NCBI GenBank assembly: GCA_013265495.1
Contig: MU058533.1
Location: 124,001-165,946, forward strand
DNA: 41,946 nucleotides
Direction: 5' to 3'
Source of the DNA: Vicugna vicugna
Lineage: Eukaryota
Position 1 is the stretch's first letter; each line of letters starts with the position of its first letter. Shown one piece after another: positions 10,364 through 21,900 of the stretch. Made by a program: the position numbers and the translations under genes. The notes beneath the pieces were generated by a model. The model was not told the origin of the DNA. It saw only the letters and a program-made list of their open reading frames with translations, and searched no databases.

Positions 10364-10984
10364 AGGTGGTTAGTTGACTGGATGGGTAGATAAGTGATGG
10401 AGCCAGTGAGTGTAGGGAATGAATGGGTGGGGAGTGGGTGGGGAGATGGATGGGTGGTTAGATATGTGGATGGGTGGTGGGTGGGAGAAGTGGCAGGCCT
10501 ATTAATGTGTGCATTATTGGGTAGTCCTGAAGACTGATACTGGGGTTTGGGTGGAGATGAGGGGCTTAGCACTGGGGACCTAGGGCAGCTCTAGGGGCAG
10601 AGAGGTACTAAAGTCCAATGTGGATGATAGGGAAGGAGGGAATGAGCTTGTGGTTGGAAAGTAGCTGACTCGGGGCAGGGGACTGAAGGCTAAGGACTGG
10701 CCGACTGGAGTCCTCACAATGACCTGTAAATGACCCATGGAGGAACTTCTCTGTCCCTTCCCCACTTTTCTGGTGCTACCAGCGGGTTTAGCATGGGAAA
10801 CACCAGTAAGGTGATGAAGAGTCACTGGGGGCAGGAGGACAAGAGTGTTGTCATGGTAACAGAGCCTCTCCCGGGACTCTCAGGCAGCGCGGGCCCTTTA
10901 AGGGTGACCGGCCAGGCCACTTCCAACATGGCGGCGCGCCTACTTGCTGCCCCCCCACCGGGGCGGCGCTGGGGGGTGGGGGGT

Positions 10985-11104
10985 NNNNNNNNNNNNNNNN
11001 NNNNNNNNNNNNNNNNNNNNNNNNNNNNNNNNNNNNNNNNNNNNNNNNNNNNNNNNNNNNNNNNNNNNNNNNNNNNNNNNNNNNNNNNNNNNNNNNNNNN
11101 NNNN
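10985..11104. other. Assembly gap (120 N)
   Basis: N run flanked by G-tracts. Confidence 1.
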
Positions 11105-11149
11105 GGGGGGGCGGGGCGGCGGGGGGAGCGATTTAAAGGGACAATGTCC

Positions 11150-11288
11150 CCCGAGCGGTGGAGGCGGCGGCGGCTGCGGAGGCCGCGGCACCGGCACCGG
11201 GAGCGGCAAGGGCAGTAGCGGTAGCGACGGCCGCACCAAAGAGAGGAGCTCCGAGCCCCGGCGCCCAGCCGGCGGCGCCGCCTCCCCG
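11150..11288 (+). other. WIZ: WIZ non-coding exon 1 (5' end approximate)
   Basis: Donor ccg|gtgagg at 11288/11289 inside the CpG island; TTTAAA at 11132-11137 upstream. Confidence 0.65.
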
Positions 11289-11446
11289 GTGAGGCCCGGC
11301 CCGGCCTGGGGAGCTCGCGGGCGGGGCGGGGCCGGCGCGGGGAGGGGGAGGCCCGGGCCGGAGGGGGCGGGGCCTGCAGGGGCGGGGCCTGGTCGGGGGC
11401 GGGGCCGCACAGGTTGTGGGGGAGGAGCGGGGGTCTTGGGGCAGGT

Positions 11447-11507
11447 GTCCCCCCTGCCTCGGCGCGTCCCGCGGGGTCTCCCGCCCCGAGGTGCACGGGC
11501 TGAGGGC
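11447..11507 (-). ncRNA. MIR1470: Sequence orthologous to the annotated human MIR1470 hairpin (antisense, WIZ intron 1)
   Basis: Reverse complement begins GCCCTCAGCCCGTGCACCTCG, close to recalled hsa-miR-1470 GCCCUCCGCCCGUGCACCCCG; syntenic position; function as a real miRNA is doubtful. Confidence 0.45.
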
Positions 11508-12732
11508 GCATCTTCTGGACCCTGGCGCCCCAAGAGGTGCCCTGGCGCGGCGCCGCTACCACCCCTGCGACCCCCGGGGGGCGTCTAGGAGGGAGCCCCC
11601 CTCCCCACGCTGCCAAAGTGCTCCGAAGTTGCGGTCCCGCCCGTTCACCGCGGGCAGTGCCCACCCGGTGGACACATGCAGGTGCTTCCTCGGGGCCTAG
11701 GCAGAGACCCCCACCACAACGGCCAGTCCACAGAAGGGCCCCCTGGGAGCCCCCAGGCCCCCGAGGGCAGCGCCTGCAGCCAGGCCTGGAGCCCCGGCCC
11801 CGCCCCGGTTGCCTGGGCTCGGCCTCCCCACCGTCTCCCTGGGGAGGGCGCCTCATTCCTGCCCTTCACTTTCTGCGTTACCTTGAAGGTATTTATAGGT
11901 GGAGAAGACAGCCCCCACCCCCACAGCCTCCCCAGGGTCCTCATTTCTGGACCAGGAGCCCCATCCTTCCCTTTTGCCCGCAGAGTAGAGAGATCTTGGG
12001 AGGGTGGGCTGGGTTGAGTATGCATGAGGGGTAATGTTGGGGTGAAGCGGAGGGGTTAATGTGCTGGGGTCAGTTGAGGCTGTGTATGAGGGGGAAGGGA
12101 TTAGTGCTGGAGAACCCTAAGGTTGTGTGTGGGGAGAGGGTTGGAGTGTGAGAAAAGTGCAGGGGTAACTGATATGGGCAACTGAAGAGAGAAAAGTGCA
12201 GGGGTAATGATGGGGGGACTTGAGACCGAGTATAGGATCAGAGTGTAGTAGTGGCCGGGATTCGTGCTGAGGCATGCGCACCGGATATGCATGTGCATGG
12301 AAGTGAGGGCACAACTGGGGAAAGTGCAGCAGTGTATGGATGAATGGAGGCATCTAGGAGAAGTGATAGAATCAATGCTGCAAGAAAACAAGGTGGCTGC
12401 GTGTGCTTGTTGTAAAATGTGGTAAACTGAGGCAGCACAGGATCTGTGTAAAGAGAGGATTTACTGATGAGGAGACTGAGGCATGCTGAAGTTAGGGGCC
12501 GTTGGGATACAATGTGTGAGGATAGGGCCTTAGCACCATATACTTACTCACTTGGGCTGGGAGGTAAACTGAGGCACTGAACCACAAGGGTGAGGACTGG
12601 GGCTTCAACGAAGGAGAAACTGAGGCAGAGCCCCTTTCCTACCTCCCCTAAGCACCTGTCTCTCTGCCCCTAGACTTATAATGCCTCGCTGAGCCAGGCC
12701 AGCAACTGAGTGGAGCCAAGCAGAGAGCATCT

Positions 12733-12937
12733 ATGGATGGGCCCCTGGCCGGCGGCCTGGCCGCCCCAGATCGTCCTCGAGGCCCCGAGAGACTGCCTGG
12801 TCCAGCACCAAGGGAGGACATTGAAGGTGGGGCTGAGGTTGCTGAGGGGGAAGGTTGCATCTTCCGTTCTACCCATTACCTGCCTGTCACCAAGGAGGGC
12901 CCTCAAGACATTCTGGATGGCAGAGGTGGCATTTCCG
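12733..12937 (+). CDS. WIZ: WIZ first coding exon (exon starts at 12674; MDGPLAGGLAAPDRP...GRGGIS)
   Basis: cctag| at 12673; in-frame TAA upstream at 12679-12681; |gtaag donor. Confidence 0.92.
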
Positions 12938-15900
12938 GTAAGAAGGCGGGCCCTGTGACCCTGGGGGAGCATCCAGCTAGGTCCCTGAGGCTCTGGGAGG
13001 GCCAAGCCACCCAGCCCAGCAGGGGCTGAGTTGGAATTCTGATTCTGCCTGGGCCCAGAGTTTTGTCTTTGCATTCCGCTTACTTTCTCATTTTACAGTG
13101 GTGAAGACAGAGGTTCAGGGGGACATTGAGCTGACCAAGGCCCCCCAGTGGGTGGCAAAGAACTGGGACTTGACTCAGGTCTACCTGACTTCCTTCTCTG
13201 AGCATCCTAATTGGGTCCAGGTGCCCAGCTTAGCACCCCGAGCTCCCTTCCCTGAGCCCACTTGTTCCCCAGGCATGCCCCATTCCCATCAGTCTACTAT
13301 CCCAGCTCCCTCTTGCTGCACTGTCTTGGTGAGTCCTGCTCCTGAGACATGGGCCAGAACCACTTGTGCCCTCTAGTGGCTGGGTAGTCAGGGATGACAG
13401 CCAGCCCTTCACATTGTCCCCACCTTAACATTTGTTATAAACTACTCAGTAACTACCGTGTGCCAGGCTCTATTCTAGGCGCTGGGGATTCAGCTGTAAA
13501 CAAAAACAGTGAAAGTCCCTGCCCTCAGGGACCTGACATTCTAGTAGGGGAGACAGACAATAAGCAACTACATTAATAACCTATGGGCAGGAAGTGACAA
13601 ATGCTGTGAAGGTATTAAACAGAGTGCCAGGATTGTGCCTGGGGGACCCGGGAAATCCTCCCTGAGGGGGTGGAATTTGAGTGGAGTGTGGAATGAATGG
13701 TGGGAAGGGCAAGCCCGCTGGTGGGAATAGCAGGTGCAAAGGCCCTGTGGTGAGGAGGAACCTGGCTTACCTGGAGAGTAGTGGGTGCAGTACAGGATGA
13801 TGTACTACATGGCTCCCTTTATCTACCCAAACTGCTCTAAAGGCCTTGGTTTCCAGGAACTTCCAAGCACCTTGTCAGGGGTTTCCTACACACCAAGCCT
13901 TTTATGTGATCATCTTTGTCATTCTCAAAAGAACCGATTATTATTATCCTGGGTTAGAGATGGGGAAACTCAGACCCAAAAGGGTTAAGTAAGTTGTCCA
14001 AGGGCCCACAGCTAGGCAGTAACCTGGCTTGATAGCCATTGTCCTTAACCACCACCCTGTGTCAAAGTATCCTTCACCTGCCCCAGCTCACCCTTAGCAA
14101 TGCTGGTGATGCTCAGATATTTACAGAGCACATCCTCCAGGCAGGGCACTGGTGTGCTGCCAGTGACCAAGCATACCATCCCCACACTCACTGGACCCCA
14201 CCATCTGGGGTCAGAAAGACAGACCACCCATTAGGTGGTTGCTGGAGCTTCCATGGGGGAAGCCCAGGCCGGGGGACATACAGGAGTTCCGGATGAGGAA
14301 CAGTGAGTCAAGCAAAAAGGGCAGGGGGCATCTAGGCAGGGGCTGCACACATGCAATGATGTGGAGGTGACTGGTGGCACCTGAAAGTGTCATGCTTGGG
14401 GATGGCAGGGTGAGACCCTTGAGGGCAGAGTATCAGCGCTCAGAGAATCTTAGCAATCCTCTTCTCCAAACTGTTAGTAACCAAGGCCCAGAGATTGGCA
14501 GGACCATGTTCCAGGCCATGTGGCTGGCCAGGACAGGCCCAGGACCTTGACTTTGTGGGAGCCCTGGGGAACAGGCTCTGGGTCCTGGGGCCCTCTCTGG
14601 ATCTGGTCCTGAGGCATTGGCCACTCTACTCTACCTGGCAGAAGCCCCAGGTCTGGAGAGAGGGAGAAGGTAGGTAGGTGGGTAGGTATATCCTCACTCC
14701 CCCTGGGGAATCAGCCAGGGTCCAGTACATGTGTCTGGGGAGGAAGGGAATGGCTGCCAAGAGGGGCCAGACCCACCCTTAATGACATCCCTGAGCAATG
14801 GGGGCATGGAGTGAGAGTGGCTTGACTTGGCATAGGGTCACAGCCTGGAAGTTGAAGGAGGGCCTGGGCTTTGGACACAGTGTCTCCCCCGCTGCCCTCT
14901 TGGCCTGTTCCACCCGCCTTCCCCGAAGCAGGCACCTGCCCTAGGAGTCTTGTGATGCCTATAAATAGGCACAGCCTCTGGGGCTGCTGTTCCGCCCGAA
15001 GCCTGGGCCCTCTCTCATCCCCACCTAGCCCTTGGGGCCCCCCAAGGGCACCCCTGGAGGGGCTACCTCCGAATTCCTCCATCTAGACTTGGATGCATCC
15101 ACTGACTCCTCTGTCCTCCATCATAGCGGTTGGCCTGGAGTCCCCACAGCCTCCCTGCAGCCCCCTGCCCAAGGGTTTGTCCTCTCTGGTTGGCCTCCTG
15201 TATGCACTCAAAGCTTGGGGGGCTGAGACGGTCCCCGTGCATTGATGAAAAGTCTGATGCATGCCTCGCATTGGGACCAGAGGGCTAGGGGATGAACAAT
15301 GCATCATTTCTGCCCTCATGGGGCCCCAAGCTGAGAAGGAAATCAGAGCATGGAGTGAGTGGGCCTGAGGTTCTCTGTCAAGCCTCCAGCTTCCAGCCTG
15401 GGACATCTCTGAGCCAGCCCTGAACCCCTACCCACCCCCTACCCCTGGTGGCACTCCCACCTCCCTTCTTTCCCCCCACCGCCGACTCTCTGGATTGAGC
15501 ATTTACTGTGTGATCTTCCTTGGCACCTGTTGCTGGCCCCACGAACGTGGGGCAGTGGCTGTTCCCATTATACGGAGGAAGAGACAGGCTTAGAGCGGGG
15601 AAGGCATGCCCTTTGGATTCCTGCTTGGCCTTGAACTCGGATCTCTCTGACTCCTGTGTCTAGGTTCTTGGCTACTCTGCCAAGCCACCTGGCTTGGGGT
15701 TCAAGCTGCTCATGGACGCCCTTCTCATTTTCCGTCTCTCATTTTCAAACCTTCTGTGGACCCCAAATGGCAGGAGTCAATGAGGGCCACCTGGCACAGC
15801 CACTGCCAAGGGCTCCATCCAAGGCACCTTGTCTGACCCATAGGAACTTCTGGACCCTACAGGCTGAGGAGGCCCCTGGAAGAGCCCCCAGCCCCCAAGT

Positions 15901-18900
15901 GTCTCGGATGCAGGGCCCTGCTTGGCCTGCTTCCTCCAAAGTCGCTGCCACTAAAAATAGGAGCCTCGCTGGAGCCGCTCAAACAAAGAGGCCAATACGG
16001 CCCCCTGGCTCGCGGAATTCTTAGACAACAGCAATCGCAGAATCATCGAATCTGGGACACTCGGAATCTCAGGAGCTTGGGGTCCCAGAATCTCAGAATC
16101 AGGACACCCAGACCCTCAGACTCGCGCCTCTAGGCTGTGCTGGGGCTTGTTGCCAGTGAACTGGCTGCCCTCTCCCGAGAAGCTCACGTCTGTGATTCTT
16201 GTGTTCTCCAGAGACCCATTTCTTGGAGTCTCGCTCCCTTACCTGGTCCAGGCCTTGCTTTCCCAACCCTCACACCCTGTCCAATACTCAGTCCACTCCA
16301 TCCTCCCACCCTGACACCGGCCCTTGCATCCAAGCACACACCTGACCTGGCATTCCTCCCCATCAGTATACCCTAAGACTTCTCAAATGGAGATGATTCT
16401 GCCCCAATGGACACTTTGGCAATGTCTGGAGACATTTTTGGTTGTCATGATTGCAGGGACAGCGGACGGGGTGGGGCAGGGTGTTAGCTACTGGCATCTG
16501 GTGGGTGGAGGCCCGGGATGCTGTTGAACATCCTACAAGGCACTGGATGACCCCCACTGTAGAGAATGATTCAGCCCCAAATGTGAGTAGCACCAAGGTT
16601 GAAAAACTGTTCTAAATGATGCAAACTTCTGTCCCCCCACTATCACCACACTCTATTCGAGAGGCCACACGACAGTCACAACCCTTCTCTCAGGCTCAGA
16701 AGAAAGACCCTTGGCAGTGATCACATTTTTATGGACCCCCCTCACCCCCCATTCTCACCAGCTCTGAGTTCTTTGGTCCCTGACAATCAGCTCTTAATTT
16801 CCTGAGCCAACTGGACATTAAGGGATTTGAAAAAGACCTCACCCCAGCACTAGCCCTCTTTCTGGACCATCCTCAAATTGAAGCTAATCCAGCAATTGCA
16901 TCTGTTGGGCTCTGGATGGGGCACAAGTTCCCCCAGTATGTTAACCTTGGCCCAAGCAATTGGCCTGTGCCCCGATTGGCATGCTCGCCTGAGTCAGGCG
17001 GGTGCAGCAGGCAGAGGAGGTGCAGGCCAGGATTCCTGTGGTCGCTCCAGGCGTTGGCTCCACAGGCGGATAATGGAGAGTTGGCTCTATCTGTGTGAGG
17101 ATTCCTAGGAGGGGATGTTATTCTAGATTGGAGGCCTGGAAGGGGGTCTGGAAGACAGGGATGGGCCCTCCACAGCTCAGGCTAAAGGGCCCCTCACCCT
17201 TCATCTGGCAGGCATTGGTTGAACACCTGCCATGTGCCAGACGAGGAGATGCTTCAGTGAATGAGGCCCCAGAGGGCTTATGTGCTGGCAGGGAACATGG
17301 GCAATTTCAGAGTGCTAAGGAAAAAAGAAAGGAAGGAAAGAAAGAAAAAGAAGAAAGAAAGAAAGAAAAAGAAGAAAGAGAAAGAAAGAGAGGAAAGAAG
17401 GAAGGAAAGAAGGGAGTGGGTAATGAGACAGAAAATCCAAATCCTAGGGGCTCAATTTAGCAGGTAGCCAGGGAAGGGTTCTCAGGCAGTGGGAATAGCC
17501 AGTGCAAAGGCCCTGAGGCCAGAAAGAGTTAGGTGGGCTTGAGACTTCACAAGGAGTCTGGGCAGAGTGAGTGAGAGGCAAGGAGGAGAGGGAAGTGAGG
17601 CTGGAAAGACCTGCAGAGGTTTGACCTTGCAGGGCCTGGTAGGTGGTGGTTGGGAATCTGGTTTTTATTGTAGGTATGATAAGAAGCCAGGTGAGTTTTT
17701 ACCAGGATGTGACTTTTTAAAAAATCATCCTGGCTGCCAGGTGGGAGCAAAGAGAGGAGGGTTGAAGGCAGAAAGCCCTGGTAGTCCCCTAAGAAAGCTA
17801 AAGGGGATTCCTCCAAAGAAACCCCTTTCAGGGCTCAGGAGCACAGAGGCCAAAGGCCTCTCAGGGGAGAGGTGGGGGGAGCCAGCCGGGCCCTTCCAAG
17901 GAGCCCGGTAGGGCTCCCAGAGTTGGGGTGCTGTGAAGGGCCCCAGCCCCTCAGGGTCTCCCCTCTCTGTTGCAGATGGGCAACCCCATCCCGGCCTCAG
18001 CGAAGCCCTCCCCCGTGCCACCTCCGCCACCCATCGGATCAGCAGCTGGTGAGTGCCACGCTGGCCCTGACCTCAGGGAGGGCAGGGGGGCAAGCAGGAC
18101 ATGCCTAGGCCCAAGAGAAGCCCCCAGGAGTGAGAAGGGGACAGGTGGGAATCAGGAGGCCAGGCAGGAGGAGGTGGCTCCCTGCAGGCAAGCCCCTGGG
18201 CGTTTGCAGGGGGTGGAGGGAGGACTGGGATGAACACAGACAGTCAACTCTCATTATCCCTGCCAGGAGCGGGGCCAGGGGCCAGGAACCCAGAGGTTGG
18301 ACCCTTGGAGTCCTGTCTCTGCCAGGTGACCCTTAGAATACTGTTCAGCCTCTCTGAGTCTCAGTTTCCTCATCTGTAAAATGGAGTTCCTAAGATGCAT
18401 CTCACAATCTTGTCTTGAGGAACTCAAGGGATGCTGAGCTGGAGCAGGAATCAACAACAGTGCTGGTGGCAGCAACCTTTTATTAAATGGCTTGGCGGGT
18501 GATAATATGTAATAACATCCATATTGGGATTATTAACAGCTCTCAATTATTTAACACTTGCTATTAACAAGAATCTCAGCACAAGTTTACCCCACTGAAT
18601 CTTTGCCATAGCCCTGGGGGAATGGTCTGTTAGTATTGCACATCACTGATGGAGCTAAGAGAGGTAACCCCGTGATTTCCACTTGGCCTCTCAGTGGAAC
18701 CCCTTTCCACATCTGTTCCATGGGCATGATCCATCGCCCCTCATGGAGGCAAGAACTTGAAAATGAGGGAGATTGATCAAGAACAGTCATAATAAGAACC
18801 CACACTGGTCACGGGCTTACTGGGAGCCAGGCATCAGGCCAAGTGAAGCATTTCCCAGCACTGAGTTGTGTCATATTTACCCTACCCTTCACTGGATCAA

Positions 18901-21900
18901 GGCCCCCGTTTGTAGGGTCGAGGTTGCGATCATTTAAATAAGCACCTGCAGTGTATTAACTTGTCTTTGATTATGGGTATGAGGAAGCTCCTTAGTCATC
19001 GCAGGAGGGCACGAAAACTCCTGGTTCTTGGGACTCATCCCCATTTTTAGGATTGAAAAACTGAGGCTCAGTGAGGTTGCCTCGCCTCCCCTCACCCCTA
19101 AAGCAGGTCGGGGTCACTGGGGCCACAGGCTGAACAGGGACTTTGCACCTCTCCTGACTCTGCCCTTCCTAGTGGGGAGATACTGGGAGAAAGGTACATT
19201 CCCTTGAGTTGTTTATGCGGCAGTTTCACCAGATTTGCTGGGAAGATGAAACTAAGTGAACTAAATCACCTCAATTTGGGGAGGTCCAAGACAGGAAAGC
19301 AGCCTGGAGCACAGGTCAGAGCCTTGGACCCTCCCAGGGGACAGATGAGAGTTGACTGTGCCACCAGACTTGGGAACGCTACTTGTGACCCCTGCTGTGG
19401 TCTCTACACACTCTCCCACAATGCAGCAAGGCTAGACTACACACACAGGTGCATCCTGGGAGCTGAATCTAGTTTTTGACCCAATTACTCTGGAAGGGCC
19501 CACATGGACTCCCCCGACCTCCCACCCACATCCCCACACTCTCAGTCCATCTAATGTGGTGCCCTTGGGCTGGGTCTCTGGAGCCTGGCTCAGACTGCCT
19601 GGGACCCCCTCCCCTGCCCGAGGAAAGGAAACTGAGGCCATGGCTAACCTGTCCCCATTGGCACTTCCTTGCAGCTGCTGGGATGGAGGCAGCCTGGACT
19701 TCCAGCCGGGCTCCCCACCACCCCATCTCCTGGGCCACTTCCCTGGCCCCCCTGATGGCCGGGGGCCCTGGGAGCACCCTCTGGTTCAAGAGGCCAGGGA
19801 GGGCATCCCATCTGAGCGGAGGTTCGAGGACTCGGTTATTATAAGAACTGTGAAGCCCCACACTGAGCTCGAGGGCTCTAGAAGGTTCTTGTACCACCAG
19901 GGTGAATCGAAGCTCTTGGAGAAGGTCCCCCGGGGCCGCCCCAGGTTCGACTGGCTCCAAGACGCAGACGAGCAGGCCCCACTCCAGGACGCAGGGCTGC
20001 ACCTGGACCTGCCACCCCAGCCGCCACCCCTCACCTCCTTCAGGACGGTGCTCATGCCAGTGGAAGATACCACGAAGACATTGGATGTGCCAGTGGTGGG
20101 CACCAGAGAGCACCTGGTAGACCTGGAGGGGCTGGCCCAGCCTTCCGAGTGGAGCCTGCCCAGGTCGGCCTCAGAGGTGGCCACGCAGACCTGGACAGTG
20201 AACTCAGAGGCGTCTGTGGAGCGGCTGCAGCCACTGCTGCCCCCTGTCCGGACGAGGCCCTATCTGTGTGAGCTGCTGGAGGAGGTGGCTGAGGGGATGG
20301 CCAGCCCAGACGAGGATGAGGACGAGGAGCCAGCCGTGTTCCCATGCATTGAATGCAGCATCTACTTCAAGCAGAAGGAGCACCTTCTGGAGCATATGAG
20401 CCAGCACCGCCGAGCCCCGGGCCAGGAGCCCCCAGCTGATTTGGCCCCGCTGGCCTGTGGCGAGTGTGGCTGGGCCTTCGCTGACCCTGGTGCCCTTGAG
20501 CAGCACCGGCAGCTACACCAGGCCTCCCGGGAGAAGATTATCGAGGAGATCCAGAAGCTGAAGCAGGTCCCAGGCGACGAGGGCCGGGAGGCACGGCTGC
20601 AGTGCCCCAAGTGCATCTTTGGCACCAGTTCCTCCAAGGCCTTCGTGCAGCATGCCAAGCTGCACGTGCGCGAGCCTCAGCGCCAGGCTGCCAAGGAGCC
20701 CTTTGGGGGCAGCAGCAGGGCTGGCAGCCCAGGCCCCAATGCTGCCTCCCTCACCTATCAGCCCTACAGAGACTCCTCGGGCCTCAGTGCCTGCGTTTTC
20801 TGTGGCTTCCCCGCACCCAGTGAGAGCCTGCTCAGGGAGCACATGCGGCTCGTGCATGCCCATCCCCACTGGGAGGAGGATGGTGAGGATTTCGAGGAGG
20901 ACCCTGCCAGCAGGCCGGGCACCAGCCAGGATGCTTTCACCCGCTTCCCTGATGCCACCGAGGACTACTTTGGCAAAGCTGAGCCGCTCTTGGCCCCCAC
21001 GTGGCGGGGGAATCCTGCTGGATACGACCCCAGCCTGGCCTTTGGCCCAGGCTGCCAGCAGCTGGGCATGAGGGATTTCCCACTGTCAAAGCCACTCCCA
21101 CACAGCTCAGGCCAGAGGCCCCTGGGGAGGTCAGCCTTTCCCTCGCCACTAGCATCTGCCCCCTACTCCTTACAGCCCAGGAGAAGCAAGAGTGCCATCT
21201 ACCTGCAGGGGCTCCCAGCCCAACCAGGGGACCAGAGGCACCCTTGGAGCGAAGAGGATGAGGAGGAGGACATACCTCTAGCCTCAGAAGTGGACTTTTC
21301 CCCCGAAAGTCGGGTCTTTCCACTGCCAGCCACCCCCGGCCTCATCCCACAGTCAGCCCTGGAGTTGAAGCAGACATTCCGAGAAGCCCTGCAGACAGCT
21401 GAGGCCTCATGGGCGCAGCAGCAGCAGCTCTGTGGGATGGTGCCTGTCGTGCTGGTGGCGAAGCTCAGCCCGCAGGTCATGGCTGCGGCAGCCAGGGCCC
21501 CCCCAAGGCTGCAGCCCGAGGAGCTGGGGCTGGGGGGTGCCCACCCCCTGGACTTCCTGCTCCTGGACACACCGCTGGGTGGCCCTCTGGGGCTGGACCC
21601 ATTCCTGGATGGGGACCCAGCCGTAGCACTGAAGCATGAGGAGCGGAAATGCCCCTACTGCCCCGATCGCTTCCACAATGGCATCGGCTTGGCCAACCAT
21701 GTGCGAGGCCACCTGAACCGCGTGGGCGTCAGCTACAATGTGCGGCACTTCATCTCCGCCGAGGAGGTGAAAGCCATCGAGCGCAGGTTCTCCTTCCAGA
21801 AGAAGAAGAAAAAAGGTAGGGCAGCTTCGCTCTGGCACCCACCTCCCTCTGAGGCCCGGGAGATGCACAGCTGGGCAGCTGAGTTCTGAACCAGCCAGCC

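Larger units (their letters stand above)
10860..11860 (+). promoter_or_regulatory. WIZ: WIZ upstream CpG-island promoter
   Basis: CpG-dense; YY1-type CAACATGGCGGC at 10924-10935; many GC boxes; lies upstream of WIZ exon 2. Confidence 0.88.

Noticed and set aside
10267..10572. HPS/IHP-rich minus-strand ORF
   Set aside because: Translation of the (TGGA)n microsatellite region
10822..11856. Long ORFs (344 aa minus strand and others) over the WIZ promoter
   Set aside because: Stop-poor CpG-island sequence spanning an N gap; low-complexity G/P/R/A translation with no domain
12150..12207. 19-bp direct repeat GAGAAAAGTGCAGGGGTAA (12150 and 12189)
   Set aside because: Only two copies; consistent with an old local slippage duplication, with no functional clue
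8884..12733. RASAL3-WIZ read-through fusion protein via WIZ exon 2
   Set aside because: The WIZ frame is blocked by TAA at 12679-12681, and a phase-0 join from 8947 reaches TGA within 12 codons
17095..17467. Lys/Glu/Arg-rich ORFs
   Set aside because: Artefact of the GAAA polypurine tract
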